This document shows, piece after piece, positions 9,741 through 20,748 of a stretch of DNA of 64,000 bases; the stretch's first letter is position 1; each line of letters opens with the position of its first letter. Source of the DNA: a virus. Its lineage: Duplodnaviria; Caudoviricetes. The position numbers and the translations under genes are program-made. A model generated the notes under the pieces. That model saw nothing but the letters and a program-made list of their open reading frames with translations, did not search any database and was not told the DNA's origin. The DNA is taken from IMG/VR virus record IMGVR_UViG_3300021431_000092, positions 37,738 through 101,737 of that record; one strand, written 5' to 3'.

Positions 9741-10220
9741 TTACTTAGTTCCAGTGCTTCCAAACCCTCCGTCACCGCGCTCTGTCTGTTCAAGTTCGTC
9801 GACCTCGTTGAACTCAACCGGAAGGAACGGAATTACAACAAGCTGTGCGATACGCTCGCCATTCTGAATGGTTTGATATTCTTCGCTATCGTTATGGAGA
9901 GCAACGATTATCTCCCCCGTAAAATCTGCGTCCACAACGCCTACAGAATTGGCAGGGCGAAGACTTCTCTTGATAGCAATTCCGCTGCGTGCAAAAATAG
10001 CACCAAAGTAGCCACGAGGAATGCTCGCACAAATACCAGTTCCAATCTTGACAGTTTCATGAGGCATAATAGTGAGTTCTTCCATATCAAGGTGCGCATA
10101 AAGATCATAGCCTGCTGCCTCAGCAGATCCTCTTGTCGGTATCTTTGCATTCTTATCGAGAAGCTTGATGTCAATTATTGCTGTATACCCGCCATCAATA
10201 TTATCAATTCCAACTCTCAT
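9741..10220 (-). CDS. dut: trimeric dUTPase
   Basis: AAGYDL, RSG, GVVDADF, RIAQLV, RGDGGFGSTG. Confidence 0.95.
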   Translation of the reverse strand: MRVGIDNIDGGYTAIIDIKLLDKNAKIPTRGSAEAAGYDLYAHLDMEELTIMPHETVKIGTGICASIPRGYFGAIFARSGIAIKRSLRPANSVGVVDADFTGEIIVALHNDSEEYQTIQNGERIAQLVVIPFLPVEFNEVDELEQTERGDGGFGSTGTK

Positions 10221-10222
10221 TA

Positions 10223-10732
10223 TTATTTCCCTCCATTGATACGTTTTTTTGCTGCCTCATAATCTTCAACCAAGAACTCATAGAAGACAACATCGTGATA
10301 TTTTCCATCGAAGTAAGCACTTCTTGTCAGTCTGCCGACTATCTTACCGCCATATCGTTCAGCAAATTTGTCGTACACCTTACATACTGGATTGTCTGTA
10401 AATGCCCAGAACTCACATCTCTGTGCTCCGTTCTCAAACATATACTTCACTCGATCGAGTGCATCGGCAATGAGCGGGAATGCGTAGTCTCTAAACGATA
10501 TCAGACCGAATTGCGTCATAGACTTGCTGCCGTCATTGTAGTTATAGGAGAAAAACCCGTCTACCTCTCCGTTGCTATCAAGATGTACAAAGTCGTGTCT
10601 CCAATCAGTATTTTCAGGAACCGAGAATTCGTTATGTTCTCCGCCGAAATACCAGCGATATTTTGGATCATACCAGCATGAAATGAGCTTTCTTTTAAGC
10701 TCTTCTCTGTAGAGTTGTGCTGGATAAAGCAT
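10223..10732 (-). CDS. GNAT-like acetyltransferase
   Basis: 'DNP...YDKF...GG..VG......DGKYHD...YE' resembles RimJ/RimL-type C-terminus. Confidence 0.55.
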   Translation of the reverse strand: MLYPAQLYREELKRKLISCWYDPKYRWYFGGEHNEFSVPENTDWRHDFVHLDSNGEVDGFFSYNYNDGSKSMTQFGLISFRDYAFPLIADALDRVKYMFENGAQRCEFWAFTDNPVCKVYDKFAERYGGKIVGRLTRSAYFDGKYHDVVFYEFLVEDYEAAKKRINGGK

Positions 10733-10748
10733 TCAAAACAACCTTTCT

Positions 10749-11036
10749 TTATATTTGTACTGTGAACGTGAATCTTGCATCAGACGTTCCGTCTTCATTA
10801 TAAATTCTAATGGAACTAGACGCTAATTTATCGTCGTTCCATTTTTGAATGGCGCCGTTTTTTGTTGTATCACCTACAGAATGCGGTCTGATTTTGCACC
10901 CCTTGTTCTCACATGACACGAAGTACGATGTAGCGTTGCAACTGTTAATCACGTTTGTAAAATCAAATTCAAGGATTGTAGGCATCTTGCCGCAATATCT
11001 ACACGGTTTTGGTTCGATAAAACAGCCCATTGTCAC
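10749..11036 (-). CDS. Lar-like zinc-finger protein
   Basis: KPCRYCG...C...C...AIQKWN. Confidence 0.55.
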   Translation of the reverse strand: MTMGCFIEPKPCRYCGKMPTILEFDFTNVINSCNATSYFVSCENKGCKIRPHSVGDTTKNGAIQKWNDDKLASSSIRIYNEDGTSDARFTFTVQI

Positions 11037-11353
11037 ACCTCAGCATTCCGCATATGTTTACCGCAATTCGGACAGTATCTTGTTTTGGATTCATTCTTTT
11101 TATGACACGCAGAACATTCTTCTCTGTGTTCATGACCATCATGTGTCATTGAGCCACCAAGTATTACTGTTTTCCACTCTGCTTCTTCTCGTTCGACCTT
11201 CGGTGCGTTTTCAATATCATCCATAATAGCATCGCGCATTCTTTTCATGCCATCGTATTCTTCTTTGCTAAGGCATACACTCATTGATACACAATGGTCA
11301 AACACAGCTTCAATGAGGGCTTCTCTGCTTATCAAATCCTGATCCAATCATCT

Positions 11354-11548
11354 TCACTCCCCTGCAATCCATAAACCGCAGTGACACGCGCCTGCTTCTC
11401 CAGACGCAATCTGATCTCTGAAGTCTTTGCATTTACATTTTGTATCCTTTGTTTTCACAAGTTTACACGGACAGTAACCATTGTTCTCTTTAATACGCTT
11501 TTTTACCTCAGCGGCATACTCCTCATCTGGATTCTGATAAACTCTCAT
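11354..11548 (-). CDS. ferredoxin:thioredoxin reductase catalytic subunit-like
   Basis: GYCPC...CKC...ACHCGLW matches the CPC/CxC/CHC pattern. Confidence 0.75.
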   Translation of the reverse strand: MRVYQNPDEEYAAEVKKRIKENNGYCPCKLVKTKDTKCKCKDFRDQIASGEAGACHCGLWIAGE

Positions 11549-11722
11549 TATGTATCCGACTCCTCTCGACAATCAGAGTTCTCAATCTTCTTCATTGTAA
11601 TATCATGCAGGAACGAATCGATTCCATTGACTTCGATAAATTGAAAGAAGTAGTCGGTATCCACATAATACATACATCTAGCGTCACAAAAATCGCATCT
11701 TCCTTCTTCAAGGCATTTTCTA

Positions 11723-12814
11723 TTAAGACACATTTTTATAATCCTCCAAACACTGTTTTATAATATGTGTAATAACATCACAAGTCCATCCATTACCAAG
11801 CATCTTATACGCCTGAGTATTAGACACACACGAGAAGTCATACCACTCTGGGACTGTCTGAAGCCTCTTACACTCACTAACAGTAAGCTTTCGTATAGTG
11901 TATTTCCCGTCGTCAAGCTTAATAGGATACATACGTCCGTTTGCTTCGACCTGCCCGTTTATAACCGTATACACTCTTTTGTCAGACGGCGATGCACTAA
12001 CCGCATACAAACCAGTTTTACCACCAGATCCTCCGGCATTTGCTTTTATCCCACAAGCCTTTCCATTGACATCATATACTCTAAATGCTTGTCCATTTGT
12101 TTGAACCCCGTCGTTCTCGCGTGGAAGAACCCAAACTTTTATGGGTTCCGCGACAAGAGTTCTTCTAGCCTTTCCTAAAAACCCCTGAATGGACTGCCCT
12201 TTATATTCAGTTGCCGTTATAGCGTGTGATTTACTTGCTAACGGTATCGCCTGATCTATAATGTCTTTTAGCATAATTCCCTTATCTTCCGGCTGTGTTA
12301 TGTTTGCAGTTTTATACGTTCCGTCTACCTGTCTTACGCCAGCCCAATATAATCTATTTCTGTTTTGAGCCGACAGGAGAGCGCTGTTAATACATATAGG
12401 CTCAAAACCGAATGTCTTAGAGATGCTGTCCCTTATATCTTGGCTCATGCTTTTATTGTTCTCATAGATAAACATCTTTGGCTTGCATTCTTTGAGAGCT
12501 CTCACGTATTGCGAGAACAACTCCCATCCAATGCCTGATGCTATCATTTCTCTTCTGTCTGCGTGTTGAGCTATAGACCAATGAGTGCACGGCGAACCAC
12601 CAATAAGAAAATCATAACCACAAAATTCGCTAAAATCGGCAGTAAATACATCGCCATGTTCTTTAATTTCTGGAAAGTTGTGTGTTGCGGTTTTAATTGC
12701 ATACTTGTCAATTTCAAACGCATCATATTCATCAACCTGAACTCCTGCGTTTTTCATAGCAATCATGCCACAAGCCATGCCGTCGAATAAACTTAATATT
12801 CTCAAGCATATCAC
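11723..12814 (-). CDS. C5 cytosine DNA methyltransferase
   Basis: LSLFDG, GGSPC, YENN, QNRNRLYW, LGNGW. Confidence 0.92.
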   Translation of the reverse strand: MICLRILSLFDGMACGMIAMKNAGVQVDEYDAFEIDKYAIKTATHNFPEIKEHGDVFTADFSEFCGYDFLIGGSPCTHWSIAQHADRREMIASGIGWELFSQYVRALKECKPKMFIYENNKSMSQDIRDSISKTFGFEPICINSALLSAQNRNRLYWAGVRQVDGTYKTANITQPEDKGIMLKDIIDQAIPLASKSHAITATEYKGQSIQGFLGKARRTLVAEPIKVWVLPRENDGVQTNGQAFRVYDVNGKACGIKANAGGSGGKTGLYAVSASPSDKRVYTVINGQVEANGRMYPIKLDDGKYTIRKLTVSECKRLQTVPEWYDFSCVSNTQAYKMLGNGWTCDVITHIIKQCLEDYKNVS

Positions 12815-13152
12815 TTACTTCCGCCGTCAGAACCGCCATCGATGGTATTCATCAAAATGGCAAGCACAACAATCATGGCAATGACAAGTACGATAGTTTT
12901 TGCATCCACTCAGGCATCATCCTTAACAGAAATGACTTCCATAATCTGTTCCCAGTTGTTGACATCCGCTTCAAGTTTAAGCCATTCTTGAAAACCCGTG
13001 ATACAATCAGGTTTGTATTCTGTATCTGCACACGACTTTTTTATACAAGCGAGACATCTTGCAACAGTCGTGAGTTTACGAAGTCTCTCCGGAGACAATG
13101 TTTTTACAACGTCATAATTCGTAGCTTTTCTTCCCAAAAATATCACCTCTTA

Positions 13153-13638
13153 TTAACAGATCCTCTTCGCATATTGGTTGTCGCTTGCTAAATGCACACC
13201 AAGAACTTCATCGAAACGCCCTTCTTGGTTTGGAATAAAGCGTCCAAATTTTATTACTATATTGCCAAACCGTGATAGTTCGTACAATTTATCAGCAACT
13301 TCTTCTTCTTTGTATCCAGTGTAGATTACTACATCATCATTACACGCAAACTCATTTCTTAGAATGTATATGAAGTTCTTCATCTCTTCGTATTGCAGAA
13401 ACGGTTCAAGCAAACCGAACACGATCGCGTGTGTAATTGTATTGGATAAATACTTTTTTATCACTGCTCGGTCGTCTACCGTGGAAACTTTTGTAGTATG
13501 CCATACATTGTTTATGCACACCGATGGGGAGAATCCCCCATCGGTGCAGCATTTTCCATCGCAGTCGACACAACCAATAAACATTGATGACTTTTTGTAG
13601 TTTGTAAAGTCTTCAGTTACGATTGTTCGAACTCGCAT
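13153..13638 (-). CDS. nrdG: anaerobic RNR activase-like protein
   Basis: CVDCDGKC cluster, GLLEPF, IYTGY, GRF, LASDNQ; adjacent to nrdD. Confidence 0.8.
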   Translation of the reverse strand: MRVRTIVTEDFTNYKKSSMFIGCVDCDGKCCTDGGFSPSVCINNVWHTTKVSTVDDRAVIKKYLSNTITHAIVFGLLEPFLQYEEMKNFIYILRNEFACNDDVVIYTGYKEEEVADKLYELSRFGNIVIKFGRFIPNQEGRFDEVLGVHLASDNQYAKRIC

Positions 13639-15410
13639 TCGATATCACCAACTGTAATCTGTGCTCTATCTTCAAACTCGGCTCTCTTTCCTTTGTTGAA
13701 GTTATCAATGCATCTGAGATAGCCTGTGATTCTCTGATAAAGCTTGAGTCTCTTCTTGCAGATAGGGCATTTATCGACGATTTCTTTGACGTAACCATGC
13801 TCTTCACAATATCTTGAGATCGGTGAGAGACTCATGTACGGCACACGATACTTAGTGAACATGCCGCGAACAATTTCCTTTGCCTTTTCGCCGCTAATTG
13901 CACCCTCAAGATAGCAATGAATGACCGTTCCGCCGGTAAACTGTGTCTGAAGATCGTCCTGATGTGCGAAAGTTGAGTCGATATCCTTGATGAGAGACAC
14001 CGGAATGTGACAACTGTTCGTGTAATACACGTCAGAACCACTTCCCTGAGTGAAAATATCTGGATATGTGCGCTTATCAATGAGTGCGAGACGATAACAT
14101 GTCGATTCAGCGGGTGTTGCTTCATAATTGTAGAGGTGTCCTGTCTCTTCCTGATATGTGATAAGCCGATTTCTGATAAATTCACCGACTTCTACGCAGA
14201 ATTTATGCGCCTCGTCGTCCAAAATGTTCTTGTGCATGAAGTTTTCGCACATTTCATTCATTCCGACAATGCCGATCGTTGAAAAATGGTTGTTGATCGA
14301 TCCAACATACTCCATGTATGCTGGAATCAGGCTCGTTCCGATCACGTTTTTCTCAAGCCACGCCCGTTTGAGCTCAAGACTGTCCTTTGCAATGTCAAGG
14401 TACTTGCTGAGTTCTTCGAAAAACCGCTCTTTATTGCCGCTTGACTCGTATGCAATACGCGGAAGGTTAATTGTGACAACTCCGATAGACCCGGTTGAGT
14501 CTCCAGAACCAAACAGACCGCCGTTTCTGTGTCTAAGTTCGCTCAGGTCGAGTCTGAGACGGCAGCACATGGATCTCACGTCGCTAATATCGAGCTCACT
14601 GTTGATGAAATTAGCGAAGTATGGAGTGCCGTACTTACCTGCGAGCTCCCAGAGGAGCTTGTTATTCGGATTATCCCAGTCGAAACGACTGTGGATATTA
14701 TATGTGGGAATTGGATAAGCAAAGAGTTTGCCCTCCGCGTCTCCCTCAAGCATAATCTCAAAGAAGATTCTGTTGAGGAGATCCATTTCCTGCTGACAAG
14801 AACCGTATGTGAAGCTCACCATGTCTCCGCCGATAATACAATACTCATCCATCATATCATCAGGAGGCGTGAGATCGAATGTGAGATTAAAGAATGCCGG
14901 TTCTGCGCCAGCTCTGCTATTAGAATTTACGCTGTAAATAAAGTTTTGAAGTGCCTGATACACCTCATCGTATGTAAGGCGATCCTGTTTAATAAACGGA
15001 GCCAGAAGTGTATCAAAACCATTGAATGCAACTGCGCCCATTATCTCGTTTTGATAGATAGTAACCAGATTTGCACACTGGTTCAGAACGCTATCAAAGT
15101 GTTTCGCTGGAGAAGACACAGGTACATTCTGAATACCCCTCACACCCTTGAGAAGAATCTCTTTAAGGGAATACCCACAACAGTATAGCGTCATTCCTCC
15201 GAGATCGTGGATATGAATATGACCATCAATGTATGCCTGAGCGATATTCTCGTCTGCGGAATACACTTCTCTTAGCCAATAATCCTTACTCACTTCTGCT
15301 GTGATATACTTATTCATTGCTCCAAAGCTAAACGGTGCGTTTGAATTCTCTTTTACGCGCCAATCTGCCTGCTTAAGATAAGGTTCAATAATACTCTTAC
15401 TACTTTTCAT
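13617..15410 (-). CDS. nrdD: class III ribonucleoside-triphosphate reductase
   Basis: HIHDL, SMCCRL, EATPAES, YYTNS, C-terminal Zn site and glycyl-radical RITGYL. Confidence 0.95.
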   Translation of the reverse strand: MKSSKSIIEPYLKQADWRVKENSNAPFSFGAMNKYITAEVSKDYWLREVYSADENIAQAYIDGHIHIHDLGGMTLYCCGYSLKEILLKGVRGIQNVPVSSPAKHFDSVLNQCANLVTIYQNEIMGAVAFNGFDTLLAPFIKQDRLTYDEVYQALQNFIYSVNSNSRAGAEPAFFNLTFDLTPPDDMMDEYCIIGGDMVSFTYGSCQQEMDLLNRIFFEIMLEGDAEGKLFAYPIPTYNIHSRFDWDNPNNKLLWELAGKYGTPYFANFINSELDISDVRSMCCRLRLDLSELRHRNGGLFGSGDSTGSIGVVTINLPRIAYESSGNKERFFEELSKYLDIAKDSLELKRAWLEKNVIGTSLIPAYMEYVGSINNHFSTIGIVGMNEMCENFMHKNILDDEAHKFCVEVGEFIRNRLITYQEETGHLYNYEATPAESTCYRLALIDKRTYPDIFTQGSGSDVYYTNSCHIPVSLIKDIDSTFAHQDDLQTQFTGGTVIHCYLEGAISGEKAKEIVRGMFTKYRVPYMSLSPISRYCEEHGYVKEIVDKCPICKKRLKLYQRITGYLRCIDNFNKGKRAEFEDRAQITVGDIECEFEQS

Positions 15411-15416
15411 ATCGAA

Positions 15417-15665
15417 TTACCGTCTTTCCCAATCAACAACCCACTTAACTGCGTTCTTAAAGTCCATAATTTCTCCATTTACTCCAAGAGCAGGAGCACT
15501 TTTCAGACCGAGCTTAAGCATTTCATCGACATCACTTACTGTCTCGTATGTGATTCCCGCCTGATCGAGCTTACGCTTCAGCATCTTACACTGCGGACAA
15601 CCTGTTGAATATAAAACCACGCTTTCATTTTCATTCATTGCACTCACCTCCCATATGTCTTTCAA
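15417..15665 (-). CDS. NrdH/glutaredoxin-like redoxin
   Basis: LYSTGCPQC...SAP. Confidence 0.8.
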   Translation of the reverse strand: MKDIWEVSAMNENESVVLYSTGCPQCKMLKRKLDQAGITYETVSDVDEMLKLGLKSAPALGVNGEIMDFKNAVKWVVDWERR

Positions 15666-16230
15666 TCAGCTTAATATATCTGTATACATCATCCCAATTT
15701 AACGCTCTTACGAATCGGAATATATCCCCATCTTCATCCGATCGAACGAAGCCACTGGATTCTTCGCCACGATTGTGCGGCGCGTCAAATAGGATGCAAT
15801 AACAGTCAACACCGTCAAAATTAAACGGTGCATCATCTATAAGCACATCGCCTTTTATCATATCTTTGCGCTGTGTTACGATGATGTTGTTGTGTTTAAT
15901 CATCGGCAAATTTGGTAGTATTAATTCAGTCCACTTTTTGCCGATAGTTGTTAGCATCGACGAGGTTACTATAAACACCTCGTGCCCGTCTGCTATAATT
16001 TTCTCTAGTGTTTCCCGTGCACCGGGGATGATCGATGCACGAGACCACACTTCTCCGCTGTCCAGTGGTGAATATATCTCATCGCGAGAAAGCGTCGGGA
16101 AGAACTCTGAAACATCCCATTTGCTGACGTCATCGTACTTCACAGTAGTACCATAACGCTCATTCAGCAAGTCCACCCACGCTCGTCCCGTGTTAATAAG
16201 AACGTCATCGAGGTCTACGAGTATTTTCAT
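15631..16230 (-). CDS. 5'(3')-deoxyribonucleotidase (HAD, NT5C)
   Basis: ILVDLDDVL, LIDD, FDAPHN. Confidence 0.85.
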   Translation of the reverse strand: MKILVDLDDVLINTGRAWVDLLNERYGTTVKYDDVSKWDVSEFFPTLSRDEIYSPLDSGEVWSRASIIPGARETLEKIIADGHEVFIVTSSMLTTIGKKWTELILPNLPMIKHNNIIVTQRKDMIKGDVLIDDAPFNFDGVDCYCILFDAPHNRGEESSGFVRSDEDGDIFRFVRALNWDDVYRYIKLIERHMGGECNE

Positions 16231-16251
16231 TAAAACCAGTCCTATGTGATT

Positions 16252-17100
16252 TTAGTCAAGCAGTTCGGCCATCGCCGCAGTCTCACTTCTCTCAGGCTTA
16301 AGCAGTTTGACATAGCCAAAACGAGGATGGCCAGCTAGCTTTGTAACCGCGATATCCATACCACTATTCTTTACGAAAATATCGGCGTCTCTCTGTTTAA
16401 GGTCGCCATCAAACCAGATTGCAGATCCTGTTCCGACTCGACTGATAAGGAGTTGCGTGTGTTCTTTTGTTAAATTCTCAGCCTCTGTTACAAAGATAAT
16501 AGAGTTCTTAATATCTCGGCCTCTCATAAAACCAAGATGTGCGATCTCTACCTTTCTATCCCTAATAAGCATCTCAAGACCGTACTCTCCGCCTACATGA
16601 TCGGCAAGCGGCATTGCGAAATTCCAAAGCTTCTCGTTCATCTCACCCGGAAGATATCCTATTGGTTTCGTGTTTTTAACCTCGATATTGTTTCGAACGA
16701 AGATAATCTTATCATATTTTCCGGACTCGACCATCTCAATGGCAGCGGCGCTAAACAGATACGTTTTGCCACTTCCGGTCTTTCCTGCTATGATTTTTAC
16801 TGTAATGTCGTCATTGTAAATCATATCGACAGCAAGTTCTTGCTGTGTGTTTCTCGGAGAAACCTTTTCTACAACATGATTGCGTTTAATACTTCTTCTC
16901 TTTACCTCGACGAATTTCTCTCCGTCCCATCTATACTTCGTATCGAGTTCTTCACCGTTGTGGTTGATAATGAGATATTCGTTTGTAAGGATTCCGAAGT
17001 TGTATGTCATTCCGTTTTCATAGAACTCAGCAAGCTCTTCGTCTGTCATATCGACAACCCTATATCCAGTGTATTCCTCACTCATTTTTTCACACCTCAC
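16252..17100 (-). CDS. phoH: PhoH-family ATPase
   Basis: GKTGSGKT, GYLPG, RGRD, EAEN, GDLKQ.D, RSE. Confidence 0.9.
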   Translation of the reverse strand: MRCEKMSEEYTGYRVVDMTDEELAEFYENGMTYNFGILTNEYLIINHNGEELDTKYRWDGEKFVEVKRRSIKRNHVVEKVSPRNTQQELAVDMIYNDDITVKIIAGKTGSGKTYLFSAAAIEMVESGKYDKIIFVRNNIEVKNTKPIGYLPGEMNEKLWNFAMPLADHVGGEYGLEMLIRDRKVEIAHLGFMRGRDIKNSIIFVTEAENLTKEHTQLLISRVGTGSAIWFDGDLKQRDADIFVKNSGMDIAVTKLAGHPRFGYVKLLKPERSETAAMAELLD

Positions 17101-17762
17101 ATAATGTCTTCGATTTCGCAGTCGACCGACAAAATCTCATCGACCACACCGAGCTCCTTCGCCTCATCTGCAAACATATACCACTCAGTCCTGAACTTTG
17201 CATCGTACAGCTCAGAAGAAATCTTTGTGCAAGCAAGAACCATAGCTTTGAGTCTGTTGTCTACGCGGTCATTAAACTCCATCAGATCTCTTGTCTTAGA
17301 TGCGCTTCCAGAAGCGGAAACCGAGCCATCGTGCATAAGGAATGTAGCGTTTCTGCTTGCGATTCTCTTATGCGCTACAATATAAATCATAAAACCCATA
17401 GAGTAGCATGTACCAAGATTAACTACATGGATCGGCGTCTTACTACACTGAATCAGATCGATAAGCTTCAAACCAGCACTAACATCTCCGCCGGGAGTGT
17501 CGAGGTAAATTGTAATCGGCTTGCGCTCATTCGGATCAATATCATTATCCTCTCTGTTATAATGAATAATTGCCTTACAGAGATCCTCAATGCTAACAGC
17601 GTCAATCGCATCAGTGATGAAATGCTTTCTATCCTGATATTCCTTCAGGTAGAAGTAATCATCAATACCCATTCCCTTTTTGGCATTTGTGAATGCGTCG
17701 CTGATGTCGATTACGAAATCCGGATCGAACGTATTCTTAGTTTTGCCAGTATACTTACTCAT
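17097..17762 (-). CDS. ClpP-like serine protease
   Basis: TPGGDV, CYSMG (Ser), FLMHD (His), A.EA.ELG.VDEI. Confidence 0.85.
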   Translation of the reverse strand: MSKYTGKTKNTFDPDFVIDISDAFTNAKKGMGIDDYFYLKEYQDRKHFITDAIDAVSIEDLCKAIIHYNREDNDIDPNERKPITIYLDTPGGDVSAGLKLIDLIQCSKTPIHVVNLGTCYSMGFMIYIVAHKRIASRNATFLMHDGSVSASGSASKTRDLMEFNDRVDNRLKAMVLACTKISSELYDAKFRTEWYMFADEAKELGVVDEILSVDCEIEDIM

Positions 17763-17783
17763 AATTTTATCCTCCGTATGTAG

Positions 17784-18341
17784 TTATTTCTTCGAGCGGT
17801 ATTCCGCAAGTCTTTTCTGGTATGCCTCTGTGTTGACATAACCACAACAAACCTTTTCATCTTCTGGACAAAAACCACGATAGATGCATTCAGGAACGCA
17901 GACCGATGCGAGAATCGGATCGTGCTTTTCAAGTTCTGCGATTACCTCTTTCCACGCATCTCTCGTTTCTTTTGAAGCTTGACTACACAGTCTCTTGCGA
18001 CTTATGTTAATCAAGGCCTGTGCATTGGCGTCACACTCGTGATCTACCGGCGCACTCTGCGGGGAATCATTGCGGTTCACACCCGTTCTGTCTGATCTCT
18101 GCGTGCTTACATAATGCTCAATACCATACTTGTGCCGAACAAAATGAACAGAAACCCAGCTCATGATGTTCTTCCACTTCCAACCGACCTTGATTTTGCG
18201 AATCGGGCTGTGCTCTGCAAGCAGAATCGTTTTCTTCCAAGAATCAGACGGATATGTACCTTCTCCATCTCTCCTTATTGTTGTTCGCGCTGCGGCCTTT
18301 ACCTTTCCCCATACATCTTTGTAATCGAAAAACGCAAGCAT
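17784..18341 (-). CDS. thyX: divergent flavin-dependent thymidylate synthase
   Basis: EHSP, HFVRH...STQR, RLC.QA..E.R, VP.C.YRG.CPE. Confidence 0.7.
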   Translation of the reverse strand: MLAFFDYKDVWGKVKAAARTTIRRDGEGTYPSDSWKKTILLAEHSPIRKIKVGWKWKNIMSWVSVHFVRHKYGIEHYVSTQRSDRTGVNRNDSPQSAPVDHECDANAQALINISRKRLCSQASKETRDAWKEVIAELEKHDPILASVCVPECIYRGFCPEDEKVCCGYVNTEAYQKRLAEYRSKK

Positions 18342-18354
18342 AACTTCCTCCTTA

Positions 18355-18897
18355 CTATGTTGTAGGAAACAGTTTGAAAAACTCGTCAAGTTCATTGCTG
18401 TCAATCTTTTTTGTCGGATTATCTCTACAATGCCTGTAAACCTCTTTTGTAAACCACCCCACTTCTACTGTCATCCAGTCCGGACTGAGTATTTCCTTGC
18501 ATTTCTTTTTTGCATACCCAACAACATCATCGTATATATCATCTTCTACGAAGATATTGCCAACTCTTCCGACATGCCAATTCTTGGTAATAACACTATA
18601 TGTGCTATAAAATCTGACTTTTATACACGTTTTATAACTACATATTGTGTCATCATAGTCATTGAGACACAATATATTGTATATAGGCCGATGCATCCAG
18701 TATATATGTTGAAACGCATTATCATTTGTTAGTTCTGTTCGAAACTCATCAAAATACCAATCACATCTTCTCTGATTTGGTAATAACACGGCACACTCCG
18801 GTTTGTATAAAACATATTTATACTTACCATCACGGTGCATACGATCATTTAACTCGTAAACAACAGTGGATAGTTCTGATAACCTGTGAATATTCAT
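18355..18897 (-). CDS. hypothetical protein with C-terminal ELDxFF tag
   Basis: Ends IDSNELDEFFKLFPTT. Confidence 0.6.
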   Translation of the reverse strand: MNIHRLSELSTVVYELNDRMHRDGKYKYVLYKPECAVLLPNQRRCDWYFDEFRTELTNDNAFQHIYWMHRPIYNILCLNDYDDTICSYKTCIKVRFYSTYSVITKNWHVGRVGNIFVEDDIYDDVVGYAKKKCKEILSPDWMTVEVGWFTKEVYRHCRDNPTKKIDSNELDEFFKLFPTT

Positions 18898-18907
18898 GAT
18901 AAAAACC

Positions 18908-19402
18908 TCATACAAATGAATCAAAAAACTCATCCAGAGCAAGCGTATCTATCTTCTTTTCCTTTTCTGTTTTCTTTCTCCGCTTCCTATAAATATTTTG
19001 AACAAACCAATCTAATGATACGTATTTCTCCTCAAGCTGATAGGATTCGGCAAACCTAGAAAATATATCATCGTACATGTCGTCAGGAACAAATACACAA
19101 CTAGCAAGTTTAACAATATCTTCAGGCATTGATTTGGCACTGTAAAACCAAACTTTTACAGCCGGCGGCCCGTTATTAAAACCAAGTTGATATGCCCTAA
19201 CAGAGTATGGATAATTAGATACTGCTACGTTCCCATAAACACTCCTGTAGATATGACTGCGAATCATTTCATATCTTGCGTCAATCGCGGCACTATACGC
19301 AGCCTTCTTGCTATTCAAAAGTGCAAAATAGCTATTATCAATTCCCTGTTCAAAATCGCGACTTGTCTTTGCTTCGATGCATGAAATCCTGTGCAACTCC
19401 AT
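18908..19402 (-). CDS. hypothetical protein with C-terminal LDEFF tag (apparent paralog of 18355)
   Basis: Shares KV.FYS / FV.DD.YDD / WF...Y; ends IDTLALDEFFDSFV. Confidence 0.6.
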   Translation of the reverse strand: MELHRISCIEAKTSRDFEQGIDNSYFALLNSKKAAYSAAIDARYEMIRSHIYRSVYGNVAVSNYPYSVRAYQLGFNNGPPAVKVWFYSAKSMPEDIVKLASCVFVPDDMYDDIFSRFAESYQLEEKYVSLDWFVQNIYRKRRKKTEKEKKIDTLALDEFFDSFV

Positions 19403-19797
19403 TACCCATCACCCCCAAACTCGTTAAAGAAATTATCAAGCTCTCCGTTGAGATCCTCGTTAGAGCCAAAGCATAGGGGTTCCTTTGGCATTTTTTCAAG
19501 CTCTCTTATAGTCTCTAGCGCTCTAAGATATTCGTCGTCAATTACATTACCACGAGAATCGTACACCTGCTGTCCCATAAGCGATATACGATCTATACTA
19601 AAACTACTGTCAATTGGTATGCCGAGAAGCCTACGTTCCCATTCGCTGTATTCATACGTAGGAATTTCGTATGAAACAACAGGGGTGTTTATTATCGCCT
19701 CCTGCTCTCTCAGTTCATCCCACATAACCCAATCATCGGTGCGTACTATCTTGTATTCTAATGGCTTATTGTCATGCAATCTCAACATATAAATCAC
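19402..19797 (-). CDS. hypothetical protein with C-terminal ELDxFF tag
   Basis: Ends NGELDNFFNEFGGDG. Confidence 0.55.
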   Translation of the reverse strand: MIYMLRLHDNKPLEYKIVRTDDWVMWDELREQEAIINTPVVSYEIPTYEYSEWERRLLGIPIDSSFSIDRISLMGQQVYDSRGNVIDDEYLRALETIRELEKMPKEPLCFGSNEDLNGELDNFFNEFGGDG

Positions 19798-19798
19798 C

Positions 19799-20748
19799 TC
19801 ACATAAGCTTTTGGTAAGATGTCATCCTGAAGTATTCGCCATCGCGTTCATAATGCAGACATACAATCAGATCATCTTTGCTTATAGATCCACAAGATTC
19901 AACAGTCCTGTTAAAAACCGTGAACCGAGACTCCTTCCCGCTACCTATAGATCTCGTAACAACTGAATAACCAAACTGTTTACCATCCTTTTTACGTTTC
20001 AAAGGATATATATTTGTCACATAAAGCTTCGGCCTATCCTCTTGTCTGCCTGAAACAAACCCCATATACCCCATTATTTCTGTGAAGTTTCGCGCCTTCA
20101 AAACCACGCTCAAATCTTCCATGCCAGCCGCTTTAATTGCGTCTTCAGCCTCTTTCAGAATTGAATCGATATCCAGAAGCGTATAGCTCTTCGCTTCTGC
20201 TCCTGCCTTTGTGACTCCGACTGCATACTTCTTAACGATCGGCTCAAGCGGCGTTCCGTCAACCTTTTCCCTCTGAACTTTCTTTGCCTCTCCCTGTTTG
20301 AAGACCTCGTAGAACAGCTCTGTAATTCTAAATAGCTCTCTTTGGTTGCCAAATTCAGAAAAGAAATCTATCTTAATCAGAATATCAAGCTGTCTTGAAT
20401 CGATCGATGTCTCCGTTAATGCGTTCAACACGTCTACGAATCTGTCATATTTATGCTCTTTTGATAACTCATACAACTCATCGGCCACTTTACTGCCGAT
20501 GTACTTTACAGACGCAAGACCTTTTGAGATCATGTTTTCTTCTTTGTTAAAGAAGTATCCACTTCTCGACGTTCCCCACTTAGGCATCGTCACTCTGATC
20601 TTTCGCTTATGAGCATATGCCGTTCCGTTAATAATGTCATCATCGTTTGCCGCGTTATTTAGGAATGATGTTATAAACTCAAATGGATAGTAGTATCTGA
20701 AATACGCACAAAGATATCCGAGCAGACAATATGCGATACTATGATTGT
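19799..20748 (-). CDS. dnaE: DNA polymerase III alpha, exon 2
   Basis: Frame continues upstream of the listed ORF as (Y)NHSIAYCLLGYLCAYFRYYYPFEF; HhH GLASVKYIG; C-terminal OB-like region. Confidence 0.9.
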
